64,000 nt of DNA, taken from contig CAVWBU010000041.1 of assembly GCA_963753345.1 (NCBI GenBank), forward strand, positions 1-64,000, given 5' to 3'. The first letter of the stretch is position 1. Every line of letters starts with the position of its first letter. The DNA is from an uncultured Fibrobacterota bacterium (GTDB lineage: Bacteria > Fibrobacterota > Chitinivibrionia > Chitinivibrionales > FEN-1185). The notes beneath the pieces were generated by a model. The model made no database searches and was not told the origin of the DNA. It saw nothing but the letters and a program-made list of their open reading frames with translations. The translations under genes and the position numbers were made by a program. Shown here piece by piece: positions 55,516 to 64,000 of the stretch.

Positions 55516-56967
55516 TCACCTGAAGTCTGCGTCAGACAAACCGTGAATTATGATGTTGTCAAGCCCCATGACGACCGTGTCGCCCTTGTTTTCCCACGCG
55601 GCAAACTCAATTCTATCGATGCTGTCGCACACGGAGCTCCAGGTGAGGCCGTCGGCAAGCTGCTTTGAACCAGCCGGCGCCGTAATGTCCGCCGGACGAA
55701 TGGTTATCGTCTGCCATGTAGGCGGACACAACAGCACCGTGCTCAATTGCCCCCACCACTGGGCCGCCGTGTATCCGGCAAGCGCTTTGTGCGACCTGAA
55801 CACCACCCTGATGTGGCCTTTTCCCATCAAAGTAAACGTGAGCGAGGTCATCGCCGTAAGGTTCGCGTAGCCGCTGCCGCGAGGCGAAATCGGACAGGTA
55901 ATGTAGGCGTAAGGCGCCGTCAGAGCGGGAGGCGTGATCCCCATGAGAAACGTCACAATGAAACTTTTCCCGCTGTAGGCATTGACATCCGTAATTCCCA
56001 GCGAGAATTGCTGTGCCGTGCCCGGCGGAAGCAGCTGCGTCGTGCCGCCGTCCTTTGCATCGGTCACCACCTGCCAGCCGCTCCGGCCGGTTATCGGATT
56101 AAGGCACGATAGGCTGTCTCCGTCGTCGAAATCGTCAAGCACGACAAAGACGTCACCCTCATCGTCCACCTGAACGAGCTGCCCATTCACTACCCGATAG
56201 TACTTGACTAGAGAGAAATCCTTCCCCGCATACCATGCCGGTGCGGTCAACGAATCGTATGCCGTGAACAAAACGGCAAACGTCGGCGACAGCGTGGTCT
56301 GGTAGAAACTGTAGGATACGGCCGTGCCTGCGGCGTTTTCGACAAAAGCAACGTCCCTGATATACAGCGTGTCGGCGGTTGCACGGTCGACCCGCACAGG
56401 GAGATAATTGACGGTTGTGCCGCGGTGGAAGCTGATGTCGTGCTGACCGACGGGAACATTCGGTAGAACATAGAAACCGCCTGCGTCGGGCTTCACGCTG
56501 CTCTGGCATCCGGGAACAAATACCGACACCGAGGTCGGATCGATACCGGCACTCACAAGAAGCCTGCCTTTATAGGTGATGGTAGGCTCCATGTACAGCA
56601 CAACGATTGAATCCATATTGGACCGGACCTTGGAAACAAGCGCCGCAATCCCGCTGTCCCTGTTCCCGCATACGGCAACAAAGCTCCCCGAAGGAAGGCT
56701 GTCGAAACCGCAAAACCCATCCACGTCGGTGGTTTTTGTCCACCGGGTGAGCACACTGTCGTCATGCTGGGTTATTTCAATTCTCTTGAGTGTCACCTGA
56801 GCATTTGAGTAAGCGTTCCCGTTGTAGTCGGTCACCATGCATTCCACCCTGCCGTTCCCCGCCTGCGACCCGGTGCCCGCGACCGTCGCCGGAGAAGAAC
56901 ACTCGATGCATGCGGAAACGACCAACCCCGCCGCAATCGCAATTGCTAGACAAACGCGAGTCCTCAT
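55516..56967 (-). CDS. Lipoprotein with carboxypeptidase-regulatory-like domains and C-terminal CBM11/CIA30-like domain
   Basis: Lipobox VSAC, AGTGSQAGNG, VLDDFDDGD..GW..TD..DGG..LDNI. Confidence 0.72.
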   Translation of the reverse strand: MRTRVCLAIAIAAGLVVSACIECSSPATVAGTGSQAGNGRVECMVTDYNGNAYSNAQVTLKRIEITQHDDSVLTRWTKTTDVDGFCGFDSLPSGSFVAVCGNRDSGIAALVSKVRSNMDSIVVLYMEPTITYKGRLLVSAGIDPTSVSVFVPGCQSSVKPDAGGFYVLPNVPVGQHDISFHRGTTVNYLPVRVDRATADTLYIRDVAFVENAAGTAVSYSFYQTTLSPTFAVLFTAYDSLTAPAWYAGKDFSLVKYYRVVNGQLVQVDDEGDVFVVLDDFDDGDSLSCLNPITGRSGWQVVTDAKDGGTTQLLPPGTAQQFSLGITDVNAYSGKSFIVTFLMGITPPALTAPYAYITCPISPRGSGYANLTAMTSLTFTLMGKGHIRVVFRSHKALAGYTAAQWWGQLSTVLLCPPTWQTITIRPADITAPAGSKQLADGLTWSSVCDSIDRIEFAAWENKGDTVVMGLDNIIIHGLSDADFR

Positions 56968-57842
56968 GATTCCTTCGGCTCCTCCGGTTGGGGCTGCGGC
57001 GGCTGTTTCCCGTCGCCTGCGGCAAGCGGGAACAGTTGAAAATTGAGCTGGCACACGGTCTGCGATGGGGTTTTGTCCTCCACGGCAATGTGCAGTATTT
57101 CCTCTTTGAAATCCCGTATCCTCTTTTTGATTGTTTCAAAACAGGGGCCGGACACGCCGAGCGTGAGCGAGCTCACCTCCCGCTTCTGCGGGTCGTATCG
57201 TTCCAGCGCCTCTTGTCCGAGCCGGATCATTTCGTGATGATAATTTCGAAGCATCAGCGAGTTCATTTCCGCCTTGGACGAAATAAGCGTGTCGCACAGC
57301 TCAAGCCTTCCGTTGTCGTTGCGCTTGACAAGATTGAGATGCAGCAGCACTTCCAGCGCCTTTTTCGCCTGGCTTGGTGTGATTGCTGGATTGATGCTCG
57401 TTGCGATCCAATCGCAGTCTTCGCGGAAATCGGGCAGGGTTATCAGTTCGCGGATCGCGCTGTAATACCAGTTCGAATAAAATTCGTATTGTTTTTCATC
57501 GAGATACGTCAGATTGGTGCGTCGCCTGCGCTGCATCATGGCGGCAAAGGCATTGTTTTTCGTCCGGTTGTTTCTGGCATTTACAAATTCAACAAGTGCC
57601 CGGAAGTAATCGGTTTCCTTGTCCGAGAGCCGCATGGCGCGAGCATATTTCTCCATCACTTTCGGAGAAAGCTGGCGCCTGCCGGAAATGATATCCTTGA
57701 ATAGACTTGGCGATACTCCGGATTCTTTGGCAAAGGAACGGAAGGAAAAACGCCGGCTGTTTTTTTTCCGAAAGGAATAGAAATCCTTTAGAAAGAATCG
57801 GTAGTCGGTATATTCGAATATTTTGAGTGAACGAATTGCCAT
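56964..57842 (-). CDS. TIGR02147 family protein (N-terminal HTH, DUF4423-like C-terminus)
   Basis: IFEYTDYRFFLKDFY, FSFRSFA, WYYSAIREL, REVSSLTL, QLNFQLFPL. Confidence 0.88.
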   Translation of the reverse strand: MAIRSLKIFEYTDYRFFLKDFYSFRKKNSRRFSFRSFAKESGVSPSLFKDIISGRRQLSPKVMEKYARAMRLSDKETDYFRALVEFVNARNNRTKNNAFAAMMQRRRRTNLTYLDEKQYEFYSNWYYSAIRELITLPDFREDCDWIATSINPAITPSQAKKALEVLLHLNLVKRNDNGRLELCDTLISSKAEMNSLMLRNYHHEMIRLGQEALERYDPQKREVSSLTLGVSGPCFETIKKRIRDFKEEILHIAVEDKTPSQTVCQLNFQLFPLAAGDGKQPPQPQPEEPKES

Positions 57843-58449
57843 GGCAAGTAATATAATACAGAAAACGGCTTTTTGAAACAAGTATTTGATGGATATTGAA
57901 CTATTTTTGCGAACACAAATAACCATAACTCATTGATATTAAATGCGTATGAATGGAATAATGTTGCGAACAAACTTCTTTTTGCGAACATAATTTGGGT
58001 GGAATTTAAGACATTCTTTCCGGCAGAACCAAAATACCCTTCTCATAATTCCAAGAAGACTTTTCTCCCATCCCACACTCCTGGCTTGCCTGCATTCCTA
58101 TTGTTCCAAACCTTAAAACAAATTATTATGGCTCAAAGAGATGTACGCCTTCGCAGACCCTATATTCATCTTACTTCAAGTAAGAAAAAATAGGTGGTCA
58201 CTTCACCAATAAATTGATAGATTAATCTATGTCGGAATTGATGAAATGTTTACACTGATCCGATCATGACGGAAAACTGGCATTGAACCTATAATAATTG
58301 AGCGAACCCCTTGATCTCAAATAAACATCGTGGTATGATTAGTGCAACAAAGTCACGAGGTTATGCAGGGCAGGTTGGAATGCGGTTGATGCGGGCAAAA
58401 GATTTCTTCCTTACGCCAGGCGAAATTTCCGGGAAGCAACCTTGACATC

Positions 58450-59649
58450 ATGAAATCAACGCCCAACAAGAGCATCGTGGTCATTATTGCGGCAGTCGCG
58501 GTCTCGTGCATTTTTTGCTGTACTTTATTGCACCGCTGTGCAAGCGCACCTAATACGGTTGTCACACCGTGGGCAGCGGTGGGCGGATGCGGGTCGAGCG
58601 CAGGCAGCGCAACCGGCGACGTGCTGGTGAAGTGGATTGGAAACGGCGTGTCCGGAGCATTGTTCGACGCCGAACTCATCATGAGCGAAGGCGCGCTCAC
58701 CGACAGTTCCCTTGTTCGCGGCTCCGAATACGACGGAAGGCTCCGCATCAAGACCACGACCGCACTCCTGAGCCTGTTCTATCATCCGCCAAGAATCATG
58801 GATATCAAACTCAGCATGCCTTTTCTTATGCGGGAAGGAATCAGCACGAATACCGGCGGGTTCGGAGACCTGCTTCTGGACCTGTGTCGCAAATGGGGCA
58901 CGTCCGGCGACATCCAAACCGGCCTCTCGCTCATTTTTCCGACGGGCTATGCAGACATAATGAATACGGGCATTGAACCATTGGCATCCGACAATCAATT
59001 GGGCGGCGGACTGTTCAGCGCTTCGGCGCGCGGGAGCTACACGTTCGATTTTGACTGGGGAATCATCAACCTGGGAGCGACCTACTCGGCCGGAGTTTTT
59101 GCGATAAGAACAACCGAGTACGGATGCGATTCCACGGGCACGAAGATTAGTTCACAGCGTCAGGAATTTCAATTTGCCCGAGAAGGGTGGGGCGCGCGCA
59201 ACGACGCGGGCGTGTTCTCCCCGGACTATCTGGGCGCGTTTGTAGACTTCGGAATCAGGTCCCAAGGCTTCACGCACGGATTCAGCATCAACTACTCGTA
59301 CCCGCTTGCCCAGGGGAATGTCGAGATTTTCGACGTCCCGACAACGTATTCCCTTGCCTTGCCCACAAAGGCTGCGGCCCAGGCCTACGTAGATACCTCG
59401 GCTTCCGCGTCCCACGGGGATACCACGAATATCATCCTCAGGCAAGCCAGCGACGGGTCCTGGTATTATCTGAGAAAATCCCCTACGCCGAGGCCGACGC
59501 CGCCTTCGGTCACGTTGCAATACACCATTGAGAAAAGCGACATGATGTTCCCGATACTCGTTGGCGGCATTGTCAAACTGGAATATGCGAACAGGCTCAA
59601 CCTTGCGGGTATTTCCTTTGGCGTTGGATTCAAGTTCCCGGTCTATTGA
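58450..59649 (+). CDS. Hypothetical outer-membrane barrel-like protein, paralogue 1
   Basis: Hydrophobic N-terminus, PWAAVGGCG, KWIG, FGDLLLD, FPTG, QLGGG, C-terminal GVGFKFPVY. Confidence 0.75.
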   Translation: MKSTPNKSIVVIIAAVAVSCIFCCTLLHRCASAPNTVVTPWAAVGGCGSSAGSATGDVLVKWIGNGVSGALFDAELIMSEGALTDSSLVRGSEYDGRLRIKTTTALLSLFYHPPRIMDIKLSMPFLMREGISTNTGGFGDLLLDLCRKWGTSGDIQTGLSLIFPTGYADIMNTGIEPLASDNQLGGGLFSASARGSYTFDFDWGIINLGATYSAGVFAIRTTEYGCDSTGTKISSQRQEFQFAREGWGARNDAGVFSPDYLGAFVDFGIRSQGFTHGFSINYSYPLAQGNVEIFDVPTTYSLALPTKAAAQAYVDTSASASHGDTTNIILRQASDGSWYYLRKSPTPRPTPPSVTLQYTIEKSDMMFPILVGGIVKLEYANRLNLAGISFGVGFKFPVY

Positions 59650-59689
59650 CAAAAGCAGAGGGCCGAAACCCGACGAAAGAAGAAAGGAC

Positions 59690-60829
59690 ATGTGGATGCC
59701 ACTTCAGCGCTGTACAATCATCACATCCCTCATTCTTGGGGCATTGGTTTTTTCAGCCTCCGGGCAACCGATGCAGGTTGGGGAAAACGGCCTCGGCCTG
59801 TCGGGTGACCTGCATCTGAAATGGATCGGCAAAGGCATTGCGGGAAAATTGATCGACGCCGAAGTCGTCGTGAGCGAAGCAATGATCGCCGACAGCTCAA
59901 AACTTGGCGGATCCGAATACGACGGAATGTTCCGCACGAAGATCACCCAGGCGCTGGTGAGTTTCTATGTCCATCCCGGGAAGGTCCTCGATCTCATGCT
60001 CAGCATGCCTTTTCTAATCAAGCAAGGTCCTGACGGAAAAACCGGGCCGTTTGGCGACTTGCTGGTCGATGTGAGCCGTTCCTGGGGCACCCTCAACATG
60101 GTCGCGGCGGGCCTTACCCTCAACTTTCCAACCGGATATTCGACAATCATGAGTGACAACACGACGTTCCTCTCTTCCGAAAATCAGTTGGGCAGCGGTC
60201 TCTTCGGTGCGACCGCGCGGGCAAGTTATGGATTTGCTCCGGACTGGGGTATCATCAACGTGGGAGCATCGTACTCCGCAGGGCTTTTTGCGATCAGGAC
60301 CTCTGAGTACGGGTACGACCCCAACACAGACAATATTAACTTCGACACCAAAACCTTCCAGGTGGCACGCGACGGATGGGCCGCGCGCAACGACGCCGGC
60401 GTGGTCACGCCGGATCATGTCGGCATGTTTGCAGATTTCGGCATCAAGACGGAAACGGTCAACCATGGCATCAGCGTCGGCTACTACTATCCGACTGCAC
60501 CCATGGGGTACGAAATACTTGACAAAGGCAACACCGCGTCCACGTTTTCCACAAAAGCCCAAGCGCAGGAATACCTCGACTCCTCAAACCACGCAAGCAG
60601 TACCACCTATTTTGTGGCCGGCCAGCGCGCGGACAACACGTGGGAATACCTCAGTAGAACGACCTTTACAACCAAGGCACTCCCTTCTCTCATTCTTCAA
60701 TACAACATCGAAAAGAACGACATGCTATTTCCGATATTTCTCGGCGGCATGGTGAAAATGGATTACGACAACAGACTTAATTTCTCGGCATTTTCACTGG
60801 GGGTCGGGTTCAAGTTTCCGGTGATCTAG
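59690..60829 (+). CDS. Hypothetical outer-membrane barrel-like protein, paralogue 2
   Basis: AAAGGA RBS; collinear with 58450..59649 (GSEYDG, WGIINxGA, ARNDAGV, GVGFKFPV). Confidence 0.78.
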   Translation: MWMPLQRCTIITSLILGALVFSASGQPMQVGENGLGLSGDLHLKWIGKGIAGKLIDAEVVVSEAMIADSSKLGGSEYDGMFRTKITQALVSFYVHPGKVLDLMLSMPFLIKQGPDGKTGPFGDLLVDVSRSWGTLNMVAAGLTLNFPTGYSTIMSDNTTFLSSENQLGSGLFGATARASYGFAPDWGIINVGASYSAGLFAIRTSEYGYDPNTDNINFDTKTFQVARDGWAARNDAGVVTPDHVGMFADFGIKTETVNHGISVGYYYPTAPMGYEILDKGNTASTFSTKAQAQEYLDSSNHASSTTYFVAGQRADNTWEYLSRTTFTTKALPSLILQYNIEKNDMLFPIFLGGMVKMDYDNRLNFSAFSLGVGFKFPVI

Positions 60830-60875
60830 AATTGCAAAACACAACAATATTTCAACCTTATTGAAAGGACGACTC

Positions 60876-62003
60876 ATGCGCACTGGGATTCGTTTTCGGA
60901 AAGTTCCCGTGGTTTTGTCGGCACTCCTTTTGTTTGTCTTAACAAGTCAGGCAGCACCCGGACTTACCCTGGGAGGACAATTTGTTCCACAGGAAAGCCT
61001 TATGGTATTCATCGACATGGGAAACTCCGCCATGTCGGGCCGCGACAAACAACCCGACCTTGCTACAGACCCTCATTTGTGGAAATTCGAAATGAGCCCG
61101 GCAAACTACGACTGGCTGCTGGCAAAGGAACCCGTCTGTGTCGACGCGTATAATGTGCTCGCGGCTCCCTTGGGCGGCCCCATCATGCCCTTCCTCAAGA
61201 GGCTCCACGTGGATTATCCGAATTACTACTTTGGGGTAATGCAATTGTCCAACTCCGGCTGGGAGCTCAAGGACCATTTCTCTCCCGGCAAAGCCGAAGT
61301 CACGGCACTCTTGACAAAGGCAAACATCCTCAAGGCCAACGTGACTATCGCGGGTATTGTCAGCATGCTCAACAATGTCGAAGTCCAGAACAAAGATACC
61401 GCCAACTACCTGCAGCTTGTTGCGGCCATGGTCAGTAACATCCGGACCAACCTGGGAACCTTGCAATACAGTGGCGTTACCTATACCGTGCCATACGTCC
61501 ACGCCGGTTATCCGGTTGAGGCGAAAGACAGCCCGGATGGGTCGGTCCAGTACGATACCTCGCATATCCAGACCAAGAGCATCATGAGGCAGATTGCACA
61601 GATTCCCACGCTCGTCACGGATTGCGTGATAATTCCCACAAATGGATTGACGGTCTGCATGAACTGCACCCCTGCGGGCTACTACGACCATTACGACTCA
61701 GCCGGGAGCGCGGGGTGGGGACTCCGCGCCGCCGACTCGGTGCTGGGCCGGTGCTGGATACCTCCTGTCAACAATTGCTCCACACTTGCCACTGCCCCGC
61801 AACATCAGATTCCTTGTTTCATGTTTCCGCATTGCAGAAAGTCATGTTTCGACGGCGCCAACTGGTCCGTGTTTGACAATGCGGGAAAATCGTTCAGCGT
61901 GTATTCACCGAACGGAAGATCAATAGCAATCGCCGCTGGCGCCACAATTAGAAACCAGAAGCTGTTGCCGGGTGTCTATTTCGTCCGCGCCGATGTCAGA
62001 TGA
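60876..62003 (+). CDS. Secreted SGNH esterase-like protein (SASA/DUF303, CE6-like) with T9SS-like tail
   Basis: GNSAMSGR (cf. GQSNMxG), late His in YYDHY, VYSPNGR..PGVYFV. Confidence 0.68.
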   Translation: MRTGIRFRKVPVVLSALLLFVLTSQAAPGLTLGGQFVPQESLMVFIDMGNSAMSGRDKQPDLATDPHLWKFEMSPANYDWLLAKEPVCVDAYNVLAAPLGGPIMPFLKRLHVDYPNYYFGVMQLSNSGWELKDHFSPGKAEVTALLTKANILKANVTIAGIVSMLNNVEVQNKDTANYLQLVAAMVSNIRTNLGTLQYSGVTYTVPYVHAGYPVEAKDSPDGSVQYDTSHIQTKSIMRQIAQIPTLVTDCVIIPTNGLTVCMNCTPAGYYDHYDSAGSAGWGLRAADSVLGRCWIPPVNNCSTLATAPQHQIPCFMFPHCRKSCFDGANWSVFDNAGKSFSVYSPNGRSIAIAAGATIRNQKLLPGVYFVRADVR

Positions 62004-62048
62004 TTTTCGGTTGGTGAATGAGGAACATTATAAAGGGGGAGCTTTGCA

Positions 62049-63237
62049 ATGAGGAATTCGGTCGAATCAAAAATCAAGGCAGGAATTTTCCTGTCACTCA
62101 TCACACTTCTCCCCTTTTCCGCGTTCGGGCAGGCCGGGCTCACTCTGGGAGGGAAATTCGTGCCCCGGGATTCAATCTACGTGTTCTTTTTCCTCGGGAA
62201 TTCCGTCATGTCGGGAAGAGACACGCCGCCGGACACGATGGCCGATGCTCATGCCTGGAAATATGTCATGACGAATAATTGTTACGGCTATGCAAAGCCC
62301 TGCCCGCCGCAATATTCCTGGCAACCCGGTGTTGATCCGATGTGTTTCGACTCGAAAAATCCTTTGGGCACTCCTGGGGTGGTCAAGTACAGCCCAGGTA
62401 CGCCTTTTCTCAAGAGAATGGCCAAGGACTATCCCGGCTACTATTTCGGCGTTGCTCAACTGTCCGGCTCTGCGTGGAAGTTTGACGGGCATTTTCAGCC
62501 GCCGACTGCCGGCGATTATAAAGCTATGAGTGACGCAAGCGCAACGCTCTCAAACCAGAACTGTCCATATTGCAGGAATGGTGATGATTTTCAACATAGT
62601 GGAAATTCAGTACAGTGACGGCGATTCCACGTACGCCGGAGTTGTCAATTATTGCGCAAATATCGACAGCGATCGCAACACTACATTCCGCGCCGATGTC
62701 GGCATCGACAGCCTTCCGCTTATTCAATCCGATTATCCGGTCTTAGCCGGCGACCCCAAGAAGCCAACCACCGACGACTACAGCATCACCGGTCCCTGGG
62801 CGGGTGCGATACGGGCGCTCATTGCCCAGAACAAACTTGCGGCGAAAACCATCCCGAACACCGTGCTCATTCCCACCGACAGCCTCACCATGTATACCGA
62901 GGACGGATTATATACTCATTACAACCACAACGGGGATTACAAATGGGCAAACCGTGTTGCCGACTCGATCTGCGCGCGAAATTGGGGACCTGCAAACCTG
63001 TGCGCCGCGACTCCGGCCTTTTCGGCAATCAGGAGTCAGTCGATTCATGGAACGTCACCTTCATCCTACGCGATATTCTTTGACGGCCGCAACTGGTCTG
63101 CATTCGACAAGGCGGGAAAATCGTTTGAAATGTTCCTGCCCAGCGGAAGAGTCGTCAGGAACGCGACAGGCGACCGGCTCAGGAACGAAAATCTCAGGCC
63201 CGGGATTTACATTATAAGGAACGTTGCGGACAAATAG
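62049..63237 (+). CDS. Paralogous secreted SGNH esterase-like protein; frameshift near 62530-62560
   Basis: GLTLGGKFVP, GNSVMSGR, PFLKR..YYFGV in 62049..62618; IAGMV, QSDYPV, LYTHY, PGIYII in 62530..63237. Confidence 0.68.
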
Positions 63238-63286
63238 GAAAATTATCAATTATGTATTCATGTAACATTCACAGAAAGGACCCCCC

Positions 63287-64000
63287 ATGGTCAAACTCTT
63301 CAAGCCGCTGATGCTTTCGGCAATGGCGGTCACGTTCTTTGGCGGCGTTTGTGTTCAATCCGCGGAATACCCGAAAACCGGGGCTGCCTGCGCCACGCTG
63401 GCAACGCAGGGTTGCTGGACCTGGTATCACGATCCCAGGGCTGTTTACTATAAAGGAACGCAGGAAAAAACTTACGTGGGCTATTTCCATTCTGACAACA
63501 ACCCGGGCGAGGCTGGAATCGCCTCATACGACCACGCAACAGGCGCAATCCAGACATTTAACTTAAAGACCAATTTCGGATTTGACGACCATAATACCAC
63601 CACGTTGACTATTCTGCCCGACGGCCGCATCATCACCTTTTACTGCGTGCATTACGGCGCGGCATGGTACAGCCGCATTTCGACGAATCCGGAAGACATT
63701 TCAGCCTGGGGCGCGGAAAAAACGGTCAATGTCGCATGCACCTATCCAAACGTCTGTCAATTGAGCGCCGAGAACAACAGGCTCTACTTGTTTTTCAGAG
63801 GCCCCTCCACGGAAGGCGGCGACGCAGGAATGCCCTATTACCAGACCAGCAACGACGGCGGCGCAACGTGGAGCACGGCGGTCAAATACTTTTTCGGCGG
63901 CACCGAGGCGGCGGGCATGAGGCCGTATTGCAAATACTGCTCAAACGGAAAAGACAAGATTTACATGCTCATCGAACAGGACAACCGCAACAATCCGCCG
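63287..64000 (+). CDS. BNR-4 repeat-type secreted protein, runs off window end
   Basis: Hand translation: AAAGGA RBS; MVKLFKPLML..; GCWTWYHDPRA, DDHNHP, LPDGR, TYPN, LYLFFRG, SNDGGATW, RPY. Confidence 0.82.
   Translation, partial: MVKLFKPLMLSAMAVTFFGGVCVQSAEYPKTGAACATLATQGCWTWYHDPRAVYYKGTQEKTYVGYFHSDNNPGEAGIASYDHATGAIQTFNLKTNFGFDDHNTTTLTILPDGRIITFYCVHYGAAWYSRISTNPEDISAWGAEKTVNVACTYPNVCQLSAENNRLYLFFRGPSTEGGDAGMPYYQTSNDGGATWSTAVKYFFGGTEAAGMRPYCKYCSNGKDKIYMLIEQDNRNNPP

Overview
GC-rich bacterial chromosomal segment, most likely Fibrobacterota (Chitinivibrionia-like). This is inferred from a TIGR02147-type gene and many secreted proteins ending in T9SS-like C-terminal domains. Housekeeping genes include rlmM, ligA, a ROK kinase, recN, NAD kinase, pheA, tyrA, a fungal/plant-type chorismate mutase and sodB. 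The window also holds an Opp/Dpp ABC cluster, corrinoid and homocysteine-methyltransferase genes, and several secreted glycan-related proteins. Main non-obvious signals: (1) a DUF1573-type lipoprotein split by an in-frame TGA at the first Cys of its CGC motif, followed immediately by a SECIS-like hairpin, i.e. a probable selenoprotein that the ORF track cuts in two; (2) an AT-rich island (about 26.4-30.1 kb) with integron architecture (attI-like simple site, four phased direct repeats, one clean attC) but no integrase in view; (3) six dispersed copies of a 140-180 nt structured intergenic element with compensatory stem changes; (4) an AroA homologue lacking the canonical catalytic motifs; (5) an MNT/HEPN module flanked by an 89-bp direct repeat. 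At least six genes carry single frameshifts, most simply explained as assembly indels. All family assignments are from motif recognition, not database searches.
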